From Octopus vulgaris (lineage: Eukaryota): DNA of 64,000 nucleotides. Position 1 is the stretch's first letter; the number at the start of each line of letters is the position of its first letter. The stretch covers positions 9,052,001 through 9,116,000 of the forward strand of contig OX597826.1 of the NCBI GenBank assembly GCA_951406725.2, read 5' to 3'. Made by a program: the position numbers and the translations under genes. The notes beneath the pieces are model-generated. The model did no database searches. It saw only the letters and a list, made by a program, of their open reading frames with translations, and was not told the origin of the DNA. Positions 52,809 through 64,000 of the stretch are shown here, in pieces.

Positions 52809-54189
52809 AGTAGTAAATTAAATAATATATATTCATACAGAAAATAATATAATTCAGAATACATGAAAGATTTGTAATGTAGATAACCTTAGATTTATAT
52901 ATTGGAAAATCTGGTGATTGAGTTGATGTGAAAATAACTTATTGTTCTCTTAACAAAAAAAATTCACTTCTAAGATGTTGGTTAATCTGAGGTGACAGTC
53001 AGTAAAGGACACCTTCCAATAGGATTGAACTAAGAACAATGCGGCTGTGGAGCTTCTTAAACAGACAGCTTTATCTGTGCTTATGTTTATCGTTATGTAT
53101 TATAATAAGGTTAAAAATAACCATTCCTCCACTTTAAGTATATTCAGCCAAATTCCTTTCTGTTCATCTTCAATGTATATTGCAAGGGCTTCAAAAGTAT
53201 GTAATTCTAACATCAGTGGTCATATCAACATGTGTTCCATAACTGACGGAATTGTGTCTCAATCACATATGATGTTATTGAAAGAGCTGTGTCCCCATTT
53301 GCTGGAGTTACCTTGCTGTAAAGCATAAAGTCCCAAAGTCCAGTCTATATGATGTTGGTACATTTGGGTGCAAGCTGGATTCGAACCTAAAACATTAAGG
53401 GACATAAGCAAATCTTTGTCTCTGTCATTCTATCAATCTTAAGCAGCTCCCCATACTACTGCAACTGCTTCACACCACCATCATATTATTCTTATAATAT
53501 CAATGATATTGATTTCTAACAATTGTACAAGGCCACCAATTTTAAGGTGGAAGTGGGTTTATAGTTCAGCAGTACTCAGACTGATAGTGGTAAGAAACTT
53601 TCAAGAGAACCTAACAGCAGAAAGTCTTCAGAGAAGAAACCCCCCACCTCAGGCAAGTGTTTTGGCTCTTAACTTCTTAAACTCTAAGGGGGCTGCACTG
53701 CATCCAGTTCATGACTCCTGGGTGCCCTTCTAACAATTTTTAGCCACTTGGATATTGAAGACTTGTGCATTTAAACTGTCTTGAGATTTGATCCAGTTGC
53801 AACAAATGGCATCCCCTCCAAAATATCAAAGTAACTTCTTGCCCCTCTCCTAACATTTATTAATAAGATGATGAAATAGAATATACGAGTCCAATTTGTC
53901 CACTTTCTTTTCAACCCTCACTGTCCTAGCCCACGTCTATGATCATAACCATGGTATAGTTGTATGGCTTGGTTAGCAGGGAGCTGCAGATTTGTTTAGG
54001 CTGTGTATTGTTTCCCACATAAAACCAACCGTAATTTTCAGTTTTAATGAATCATATTTATTTCCATATTACCATTATAAAGGTTTCTTGCTGAAGGCTA
54101 TTATGCTGAATACCAGCAGCTAATGTGTGATAGGAGACGATGTTGTATTCATGCTTGGCAAGAGGAGGAAATGTTACATGCATGCTTTG

Positions 54190-55069
54190 TGAGGTGGTCT
54201 GAGTTCAAGATCAACTTTACCTTTCATCCTCTGAGGGTCAGTAAAATAAAGTATCAGTGAAGCACTGGGGTCAGTGTAATCGAATTACCTCTTCCCACAC
54301 ACCATATTGCTGGCCTTGTGCCTAAACCAGAAAGAATTATTATTATCATCATCATCATCATTATTATTAAGAAGTACCAAACTGGCAGAATTGTTATGAT
54401 GCCGGGCAAAATGCATAGAAACATTTTGTCCATCTTCACATTCTGTGTTCAGATTCTGTTGAGGTTGACTTTTCCTTTCATCCTTTCGGGGTTGATAAAA
54501 TAAATACCAGTTGAACACTAAGGGTTGATGTAATTGACTTATACCCTCTCCTAAAATTGCTGGCCTTGTGTCAAAATTTGAAACCCTTTTTTATTAAAGT
54601 GATGAGATAGATGAATCATTACCACAGTGGACCAAGTGCTTAGTGGCATTTCTTTCAGCTTTATCTTCTGAGATAAAACTCTACTGATGTCAACTTAGTG
54701 TTTCATCCCTTCAGGTCAATTTATAAGTACCAATCAAGAACTGGAGTCAATATAATTGATTAGTCTTCTCTTTCAGGCAAAATGCTTGGCAGCAATTCTT
54801 CTGGCTTTACATTTTGAGTTCAAATGCTATCAGTGTTAACTTTGCTTTTAATCCTTTCAGAGTCGATGAAATAAGTACCAGTTGAGCACTGGAGTTCTTG
54901 TAATTGTGTAGCTCCATCCCCACTAAATTGCTGGCCTTGTGCCAAAATCTGAAGCTATTATTATTAAGGTGGTGAGCTGGCAGAATCATTACTGCACCAG
55001 AAAAATGCTTTGCAGCATTTCTCACAGCTTTATGTTCTGAGTTCAAATTCTGCCAAGGTTGACTTTGCC
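54190..55069 (+). mobile_element. head-to-tail cluster of about five SINE B copies
   Basis: The TTTCATCC..GTC.ATAAA.TAAGTACCAG..TTGCTGGCCTTGTG module recurs at ~54220, 54475, 54700, 54845 and (split) 55060/56545. Another copy lies at ~57030-57250. Confidence 0.85.
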
Positions 55070-55157
55070 GGTTCTATATTTAAGAGATGAAGAATTATGT
55101 ACATTATTTATATTGTTTACATTTGATGGATATTTGTCCTCATCTTGTTTGTTCTTT

Positions 55158-55203
55158 AACACAATGTTTCGGCTGATATACCCTCCAGCCTTCATCAGGT
55201 GTC
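55158..55203 (-). ncRNA. minimal type I hammerhead (PLE type)
   Basis: GACAC CTGATGA A GGCTG GAGGGTATAT CAGCC GAAA CA TT GTGTT. Confidence 0.8.
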
Positions 55204-55250
55204 TTGTGGAAATTTTGAACCTGGGTTCTTATTCCTAAGGTATTTTTCGA

Positions 55251-55294
<44 letters not shown>

Positions 55295-55302
55295 TCACTG
55301 CT

Positions 55303-55364
55303 TAGAATCAAACTCAGAATCTTTGTGTTAGTAGCCCATGCTCTTAACCACTATGCCATATACC
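55303..55364 (-). promoter_or_regulatory. tRNA-like Pol III internal promoter (A and B boxes)
   Basis: A box TGGCATAGTGG (55358-55348); anticodon-arm-like TGGG CTACTAA CACA; B box GAGTTTGATTC (55315-55305), one CpG-type change from GTTCGA. Confidence 0.7.
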
Positions 55365-55419
55365 TGTGGGTATTCCAGGCAGTGATCTGAATCATAATAA
55401 TAATAACATTGAAAAATAC

Positions 55420-56423
55420 TGTTGCGAACCACCTGCCATCGCTCAAACTCTTCGGGAAAACCCGGGACCCTACCAAGTCAAGCAACGACGATTTACCGGC
55501 CCGATCGATCGGCGAACTCGCCACGGACTCAGGGAGAGAGAGAACTCGGTGGGGGAAAAGCGGCAGCAAACACGGCAGCCGGCGACCGGAGATAACAACA
55601 GTAGGAAGAGACACAAAGAGAGTCGGCGGAAGGCAATTGGCTACATTTAACAACAGTAGTTTATACAATTATTACAACATCAAATAAATCAAAGATACAT
55701 CAGGTATACATTAAAGAAAACAACAAATCAAATTAAAACATGCAAATACAGTTCAATACATTTCAGATCAATTAATGTTCACGATACAGTTCAAAGTTCT
55801 TTAAAGTCTTTCTCCTTCTTTCTTTCTTTTCAACAACTCTTTTACTTAATTCACAATGTCTTTACACAGTTCTTTCTTTTTCCTCTTTCCTTCCTTCACA
55901 TATCAATTCTTTTACATTTCAACATCAATACAACAATCAAACACATACCGTTACAACATAGCCAGTGCCCTCATACCGTAGTCCCTCTCTCTTAGCTCCT
56001 TAATCCTATCTGTCTGTCTTCCTCTACGCTGTCATTGCCTCATGCCGTAATCCTATCTGCCTGTCTTCCTCTTTCACATTCACTGTCATTCTCTCGCCTG
56101 TCATCCCTCAGATTGTCTGTCTGTCTTTCTCAACTGACCGCCTCCTCTGACCTCTTTTGCTGTCTCAGCAGAACTCCTCAACTGCCCTGTTACCAACTCA
56201 CTGTCTCCGGCCGAACTGTCCCAAACTCACAGCTCGTCGCTTTTTAAAGGGTAGCTTCCTCGACCCTTCTTTGACCGGAAAAAGGGCAGAGGTCTCTCCG
56301 AAAGTCATTACTCTTTCGTGAATCTGGCAGAACAAAGACAATAACTTTATATCCCAGACTTTCAGACTACAATGAGCAAAGTAGGTCATAACATTTGTTT
56401 CCCGAATTGACCTACTCATAACA
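55420..56423. mobile_element. solo LTR, 1,004 bp (Gypsy-like)
   Basis: TGTT...AACA termini with 4-bp TSD ATAC (55416-55419, 56424-56427). The empty site GAAAAATACCTTAGG is preserved in the other arm. CpG-rich ends. Confidence 0.85.
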
Positions 56424-56463
56424 ATACCTTAGGAATGAGAATCCAGGTTTGAAATTTTCCCAA

Positions 56464-56509
56464 GACACCTGATGAAGGCTGGAAGGTATATCAGCCGAAA
56501 TGTTGTATT
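56464..56509 (+). ncRNA. minimal type I hammerhead (inverted copy)
   Basis: GACAC CTGATGA A GGCTG GAAGGTATAT CAGCC GAAA TG TT GTATT. Confidence 0.78.
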
Positions 56510-56654
56510 AACAACAAACAAGATGAGGACAAATAATGTTGATTTTGCCTTTCATCCTTCAGGGTCGATAAATTAAGTACCAGTCGAGCACTGGGATTGA
56601 TGCAATCAACTAATCCTCTCCCCCAATATTTCAGGCCTTGTGCCTATAGTATAA

Positions 56655-57004
56655 AGGAGGGGGTATTGTTTTCAGTCATGTTTGTTTGTTTGTCTGTCCG
56701 TGAACAAGATATCTCAAGAACCTGCTGGATGGATTCGGATGAAACTTTCAGGGATGTTTGGCCTCGTGACTGGCACAAACTGATTAGATTTTGGGATTGA
56801 TCCAGTTCTGGACAAGGATTCTGGATTATTTTTCCTGTTTTTTTTACTTAACTTTTGAGAGTGGTCAGGTTCATTTTTAGTATTCTCATTTTTGAGAGCA
56901 GTCGAGTTTATTTCAGATATTCACATTTTAAAAATCATCTCTGGTTAATCGTTGAGAGGACGCTGGTGTTGCCTTGGCGGAGGTTTGCACTCTCTGAGTG
57001 CTCT
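56655..57004 (+). mobile_element. non-autonomous Helentron/HINE (DINE-1-like) element, 5' end decayed
   Basis: GGTATTGTTTTC followed by a (GTTT/GTCT) microsatellite; subterminal CCTTGGCGGAGG; terminal hairpin GCACTC-TCT-GAGTGC followed by T-rich sequence. Confidence 0.7.
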
Positions 57005-57982
57005 TATTATTATTACTATTATTATTATGGTGGTAGTGGTGAGTTGACAGTCGTTAGCATGTTGAGTGAAATACTTTGTGGTATTTTGCCCATCGCCACA
57101 TTCTGAGTTCAAATTCTGCCATGGTCGACTTTGCCTTTCTTTCCTTCGGGGTCAGTAAATTAAGTACCAGTGAGACACGGGGGTAGATGTAATCGATTAG
57201 TCCCCTCCCCCAAATTTCAGGCCTTGTGCCTTTAGTAGAAAGGATTATTATTTTATCACCACCACCATCATCATCATTCCAACTACTATTTTTGTGATCA
57301 TAGTATTGCTTCTAATTGCTAAAAAAATTATCCAATACTATGACCACCACTCTCATCACTATTGCTATGACAACAAATATTATTATTATCCACTACCATG
57401 TCTGCTATAACTATAATGCTATTTCTACTACTACTACTACTACTACTACAGCTGAGTAGTTTCCTCCTCCACGCTCTTTACCAAATCCCTAAAACTTCAA
57501 TTATTTATTGTTTTTAATCTCCTCCCAGTTGTTTTCTCTTAATCCTGACTACTAATTAACAAAAAGAAAAGGAAAAAAAAGTTATGTCTTAATTGGTTTC
57601 TAACCTCTGACCTGAACCCTGTCTAAAATACCTGCTTGAATGTACTTTGATGGAATTAATCTCCATGTAGTTCCTACACACCTCATTGGTTATTCTGATT
57701 TTTTATTTTTATGTTAATAAAATTAATCTTTCCGCTTATGTGTGATTAGAATTAATTAATTTTTGCTTTTTTTTTTCCCTCCTTTCTTCTCTGTAATGAA
57801 GCATTGATAAGTGGGAAAGGGTGGGACCACCCTTAATAAATTGTGTAGAGCAAACTAATCATATTACAACTGAAGTACAAGGGTCAAATGAAAGAATATG
57901 TATGTATGTGTGTGTGTATATGTGTGTGTGTATGCATATGGAAGTGTACATGTCTGTGTATATGTATGATTGTGTGTGTATG

Positions 57983-58014
<32 letters not shown>

Positions 58015-58886
58015 TGTATGTATGATTGTATATGTATGATTGTATATATATATATATATATATATTTATATGTGTGTGTATAATTGTATATATATTATGT
58101 ATGTGTGTGCATGTATGATTGCGCGTGCGTATATATATATGTATATATACACACACAAATGTGTGTGCGCATAGATAAACTAAGAGATACACAACTATAT
58201 CGACATGTCAATGCTAATGCCAAATTTAGTAAAATATTCAATATCTTCCAAGGGCAACAAGCATGCATATATGCATGCATACACTCATGCATGTATGTGT
58301 ACACACTAGATAGTATATATATGACTTTAGTATTTTCTACACTAAATTACAAAGTTAAACTCTCACACACAAACACACACAGTTACCAGACACTTATAGT
58401 AATTTATTTTGTTACTGTTGTTGTTTGTCACCATAATTAATAGTAGTGATTAAAATTTAATAAAATTATTGCCGAGTGAAACTTCTCAGTTGATGGCTTA
58501 ATCCTTTTGATATAAAAATCTGCCCAAGATCACCAATGGTTCCTGGATTAAAACTAAAAACAGGAAAAAACTAACTCGTCTTTTAAGTTGCTCATATTTA
58601 AATTAAAAGTCTCCATTATAGCTTTTATCTAAAAACTTTCTGTAAGTTATACATAACAATATAGGGGAAAGTTAGGCTCTTTTACTGAATCCCTTCAAAG
58701 TATTCATTATTTCTAAAAATTTTACTAAAGCTTAGGCATAGCTGTGTGATAAGAAGTTTGCTTCCTAATTATGTGGTTCCCAGTTCAGTTCCACTGTGTG
58801 GCACCTTGTGCAAGTTTCATCTACTCCAACCTTGGGCTGACCAAAGCCTTCTGAGTGGATTTGGTAGAAGGAAACTGAAAGAAGCC

Positions 58887-58940
<54 letters not shown>

Positions 58941-59779
58941 CATCATCATCATAGTCATCATTTAATGTCTGCTTTCCATGCTGGGATGGATTGGACGGTT
59001 TGACTGAGGACTGATGAGCCAGAAGGCAGCACCAGACTCCAATCTGATCTAGCAAAGTTTCTACATCTGGATGCCCTTCCTAATGCCAACCTCTCTGAGT
59101 GTGTAGTGGGTGTTTTTATGTGTCACCGGCACAAAGGCCAGTCAGGCGATTATATATATATATATATATATATATAAATATAAATATTACATGTGTGTCT
59201 GTATTTGTTGCCTCTCCACAACTTTACAACTGGTGTTGGTGTGTTTACATCCCCATAACTTAGTGGTTTGGCAAAAAAGATCGCTAGAATAAGTACCAAG
59301 CTTTACAAAAAAATATCAAGTACTTGGGGCTATTTGACTAAAATTCTTCAAGATGGTGTCGCAACATGGCCACAGTCTGATGACGGAAACAAGCAAAAAA
59401 TAGAAGGTAAAGCATAAGCAGAGTATTTCGTCATAAATTTGATTACAAAAGGGTTTAACAATACCTTTCCTATATTCATTTAAAAAAAAACCCCCAAAAA
59501 AACCCCAAACAAACCGAAGTTAACATTGCTCAATTGCTCAGTTCTCTTTTATGTAAATAAGTATCATGTCATGGTGCAACTGTGAACATTTGCTATAAGA
59601 GACTTTGTTAGATTAGCATATTGAAAACACTGCTGTGTATATCTTGCCTTGATCCCTTAATGAAGAGGAGATTTTCAGTGATATTCAAAGCAATAAACAG
59701 GTTATAGAACCTTAATTAGATGACATCGTTTCAGCTCACCTTACTGTCCACAAATAGGAATGAAGACCCCTAGATATTA

Positions 59780-61200
59780 TTGCAATAGACCAATGTGGTA
59801 TCAAAGAGAATAATTTGTCTTCTGTGTGATTCATGTTAATTAGACCAGATCTCTAAGCTCTGACACTTAGGGCTCCTTCAGGTCTAAGCCAATATGTATT
59901 TTATAAACACATACATGTCATACAGAATATCATCTATATGCACGCATGTACACACACACGTGTGTGTGTTAATGAGAGTAAACTATAAGATAGTTTAGTA
60001 ACATCTTTTTAATGGTCTGATTATTTCTTCAATGTCTGTTGTGGAATGCTACAGGTACCAAAAGATGGATGAAAATATATCCAAAGAGGGGGCCCTGTAA
60101 CAAGGAATGCATAACCAGGGAATGGATAAAAAAAAAAGGATCTTTAGAAGTCTCTTTATACAATAAATCATTGACTCCCAATGTGTATACCATTCCAGTA
60201 TTTGTAACAACTTTTGGGTTAGTTGATTAAATAAGAGATGAAATTCAATCCATTGGTATTAAAACCTATGAACTATTAACTCTGATATCTCTATATCAAC
60301 AATAAGAAAATATCTCTAAAAGGAAAGCTTGTAGAGGCTTAACATTGATTCAGAGAGCCTATGGATGTTACATTGTATCCTTTCAACAATATCTACTAAT
60401 CACAAAGCATCTAAGTGTATTTGTGGATCAATAACTTTGGAAAAACACTCCATGGGAAGTATTTCTTGACTGATGACCTGGAGCACACTCCCAGGGTATT
60501 TGCACAGCTCTGCTACAAGTTATCTGGTGAAAAGCTTTGTGCCTGTCAGCAGCAGGTCATGCATAGCTATGTCAGAAACCATGTGAAGGACAATGACATG
60601 GATAACTAAAGTAATCGATCTTGGGCCAATGACTGTTATATTATCTCTCATTTTGAAAAGCATGCCTTTACAATCCAGAGCCAGGAAATAACAACATAAT
60701 AACTGATCTGCAAAAAAGATCAGAATATAGGTAAAACAACTTTATGTGACAAGAATATGTGAAATTGATACCAAAGATTTCATCCACATCATAAAAGAGC
60801 TGTTCGAAAATTCCCTCCTGATACTAACTGCCATGAGACATGATATCATGGCCCAAGCAATATCCAGTATATATATTCAATACATAGAAAGATAATCTTG
60901 AAGATGAGAATGTAAGAAGTTACATTAATGTTGGGGTATACTCGCTCATAATATAAAAAAAAATTGGTGGAATGTTCCTGCCAAAACTTCTTGCCAACAA
61001 TGTAAGCATTAAAATAACAGACATGATGATTTGGGACAAAAAGGAAATTTTAACAGCAGTGGGAACAAGTTGCTTAGCAGATACTAACATAATGAAGACA
61101 AGTGGAAAAGAAAGTAACTGTCAAAACTAATGAGAAGTCTACAACTATTACCCATACTTATCGAGGCACTTCATAAAGCCAAAACAAACACAGCTAATTA
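59780..61200 (+). pseudogene. decayed R4/Dong-like non-LTR retrotransposon C-terminal region (zinc knuckle plus RLE)
   Basis: Ordered scraps LHGKY, LCACQQQV..YVRNH, PMRHDIMAQAI, WWNVPAKT, DMMIWDKK and PILIEAL (compare RHD, PD....D and PIIIGALG motifs). Confidence 0.6.
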
Positions 61201-61556
61201 AGAAATTGTAACAAGTCATTAAAATAACTGAAAATATGTAACTATCTAGAAATTTACACATATAAACCCATTTATATGTGTACATATTAGTCAAAACATG
61301 CAGAGCCATCAAATACTGACATATGTGTGAAGATACGTATATACACCCTTAGAAAGTAAATAACTCGTTATTTTTTATCATCTCCTCACAACCATCTGCC
61401 TTTTGTTTTATGCATGTAACTACTCACCTATTTGTCTCTTCTTTAATATATTACTTTCAACCTTTCTCTCTAATTACCACCTACCTTATCACATATACTA
61501 CTAGTAAATCTGCTTCAAAATGTAGTTAATTAGCCACCCACCACATCTATGTAAAT

Positions 61557-61890
61557 CAGTGGTTCTCAAGCATTTTTTTTATCTATGGACCTCTTTGATT
61601 ATTATTTTACTCTGGTAACCTCTCATAACCTCTCAGTGTTTAAAAACTAATTTTATTGAAATTTCTTTCAAAATTCCTATTTTTCTTTTCACACATCAAC
61701 TTGTGTAAGTTGAACAAAGTAAAATGTTAGAGAAAGAAACTTGGTTGTTCCTTGCAATAAATACATCCAAAGTAACATTTCTTCAAGAACCCTTGATATA
61801 CTACTGCAATTTACTACTTTGTTTGCATGGAACCCCAAAAATCTTATATGGATCCCCAGGGTCATGTGAACCCTGGTTGAGAACCACATT
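61557..61890. mobile_element. hAT (Charlie-like) MITE
   Basis: CAGTGGTTCTCAA ... TTGAGAACCAC TIRs, flanked by similar 8-mers ATGTAAAT / ATTTAAAT. Confidence 0.75.
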
Positions 61891-62451
61891 TATTTAAATT
61901 GTTGCATCTATTGTCCTTCTAATCAAATACCCATTTCATATTTCTCACTAGCTGATCACTTCACCTGTGTCTCACCAGATGATACATATCACCTGTCTTA
62001 TGAAATATGGTTAGTCAACCGGCTAGAAAATCATCATCAGATCAAATTTTGATGAAGCTTCATTGACAATGAACTTCCACTGATCCCTGTCTTCCATTGC
62101 AGATGGCAGCAGGTCAAGGCTGATGTTAGTCATGTTTCAGCACCTGAATGGACATTGCTGTATTAGTTCTTATAATAACACTCCGGGAAAATTCATTCAT
62201 TTTTACTTCTCCAACCATGTAGTTGAGAAGCTTGCTTTGCAACCACATAGTTAGAAGTTCAGTCTCACTGCATAGCACTTTGGGTAAGTGTCTTCTTCAA
62301 TAGTCCCAGGCTGACTGATATCTTGTGAGTGGATTTGGTAGATAGAAACTACAGAAACACATCATATATATGTGTGTGTGTGTGTAAGTAAAAGGGCTAT
62401 GAAAGGTCTCTGTATATTTTTGTTAGTTGTAATTATTCAAACTGGTATGTA

Positions 62452-62541
62452 ATTCCTGATGAAGAATCTAATTTTTATTTCAAGAAGAGTTTTCAGTTTT
62501 TGCCTTTGGAATTAATTTGACTCTGAAACAATTTTTAGAAT
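62452..62541 (+). ncRNA. hammerhead motif with long stem II, in a microsatellite-embedded fragment (~62385-62640)
   Basis: ATTC CTGATGA AGAATC..GACTCT GAAA CAATTTT TA GAAT; downstream AATAAA, then (TA)n. Confidence 0.5.
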
Positions 62542-62636
62542 GTATATTGGTTCTGTACCAACCGGGATTATGAATAAAAGATCCTCTACACCTACAATTT
62601 TTTCCTTTCCTTATACTTTATTTATGTTTGTGTGTG

Positions 62637-62688
<52 letters not shown>

Positions 62689-62689
62689 A

Positions 62690-63035
62690 TCTTGGGATGC
62701 TGGGCCTCACTAAGGAAATTACAAAGAACTGGGGGATGTGGCAATCTGCTGTACTAAAGACATGTCATGCTAAAGAAAATTGCTGTCTTCCACACATACA
62801 GGCTTGCACCTTTCAGGTGGTGGTGCCACTTAAAAATCAGTCGTGCTGTGTTAATGCACCTGTGACAGTCCTGCATAAATGCACTCATGCTGGTGTCACT
62901 TAAAAAGCACCCAGCACATTCTGCTAAGTGGTTGGCATTAGGAAGGGCATCCAGTTGGAATCTGGACAGCTCCTTGCTAGCTAGCTCCATGTCAAACCAT
63001 CCAGCCTGGAGAGCAGACATTAAATGATGATGATG
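62690..63035 (+). mobile_element. RTE 3' end with (GAT)n tail, between (TA)n runs
   Basis: LGLTKEITKNWGMWQSAV C-terminus, then the AAAAGCACC / AGGAAGGGCATCCAG tail. Confidence 0.75.
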
Positions 63036-63036
63036 T

Positions 63037-63084
<48 letters not shown>

Positions 63085-63087
<3 letters not shown>

Positions 63088-63226
63088 AGAGTTTACGAAA
63101 AAAACAAAAGACGTAGACAGGTGGTGTACAAAACAAACAGATGTATTAGTATAACGCTCAGGAATAGAAAAAGTCTTTTATGTTTCGAGCCTACGCTCTT
63201 CTACAGAAAGGGACACAGAAAAAAAC
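63085..63226 (-). mobile_element. short PLE-like fragment with variant hammerhead (63175-63210), ending in (TA)n
   Basis: CTTT CTGTAGA A GAGC GTAG GCTC GAAA CA TA AAAG. A related, more decayed copy lies at ~32440-32615 (+). Confidence 0.6.
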
Positions 63227-64000
63227 ACACATACATATACACGTATGTCTCTTTATTTTTGTGTTTATTCCAACCACCACCACCACTATCACTTGACAAC
63301 TGGTGTTAGTTTATTTACATCCTCATAACTTAGCAATTTGGTCCAAAGAATCCAATAGAATGAGTGCCAGACTGGAGTTGATTTGTTCAACTAAATCCTT
63401 CAAAGCAATGATCCAGCATGGCTGCAGTTCAATGACTGAAACAAGTAAAAGAGCAGAAAAGAAAAAGATGAATGTAGACAGCACACACACACAATTACGC
63501 ACAAATACAAGTGAGTGTGTGAGCGCACAGAGAGTAAATGTATTGTTCTTCAGAGATGCATTGTTGAGTCTTTCAGCTGTTTGGCCAATGGAACTACCTT
63601 TTTATTGATTTATAGTGTAACACCGAGGCTGTGGTAGAAGACACTTGCCCATTGTGCCGTGGAATGTGGGTCAGACTTGGGCTACATGATTGCAAAACTA
63701 ACTTCTTAACAATCTAGCCATTTCTGTGTCCTGCCTACACGGATACTGAGATACTCTGGTTCACATATATTGAAACATAGACTTGCATACACAAATACAT
63801 CTACATGTGCACAAATACAGGCAGGCAGGCATACACATGATGATAATAGACAAACATGTATACACACACATGTATAATGTATTTATAATGCATGTATATA
63901 TTACAGTATCAATATCATAATTAAGTTGTTCAGTTCACCTAGTATTGTGTGTGCATGTGTGTGTTTGTATATACATGCATATAATAGGTGTATATGTTAA

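Larger units (their letters stand above)
55070..56537 (-). mobile_element. tRNA-headed, hammerhead-bearing element with inverted partial duplicate (PLE-style insertion)
   Basis: 12-bp TSD GTTGACTTTGCC (55058-55069) / GTTGATTTTGCC (56538-56549). Full copy 55364->55070 (-). Inverted partial copy 55372-55419 plus 56424-56537 (+). Confidence 0.8.

Noticed and set aside
55351-55687. Overlapping GC-rich ORFs
   Set aside because: They lie in the CpG-rich end of the solo LTR and straddle its boundary.

Overview
AT-rich, repeat-saturated animal genomic DNA. The repeat families resemble those I associate with octopus/coleoid cephalopods (inference, not checked). I find no supportable host exon; the window looks intronic or intergenic, and most ORF-track entries are microsatellite or SINE read-through. 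Content: many copies of three tRNA-derived SINE families; RTE LINE remnants and (GAT)n-tailed RTE 3' ends; R4/Dong-like, HERO-like and CR1-like LINE scraps; one full-length dead mariner; two DD37D/maT remnants; piggyBac-like and hAT-like MITEs; a Helitron and a Helentron/HINE-type remnant; a 1,004-bp solo LTR; and abundant microsatellites. The most interesting signal is about a dozen type I hammerhead-ribozyme (HHR) motifs, several with the palindromic stem III typical of Penelope-like elements (PLEs). They sit in small non-coding elements arranged as direct tandems (16.0-17.1 kb), inverted arms (41.1 kb, 55-56.5 kb) or microsatellite-embedded fragments. One element (55,070-56,537) joins a tRNA-derived Pol III head to a hammerhead tail, is duplicated in inverted orientation and has a 12-bp TSD. 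It is a candidate PLE-mobilised, ribozyme-bearing SINE. All folds and family calls were made by eye.
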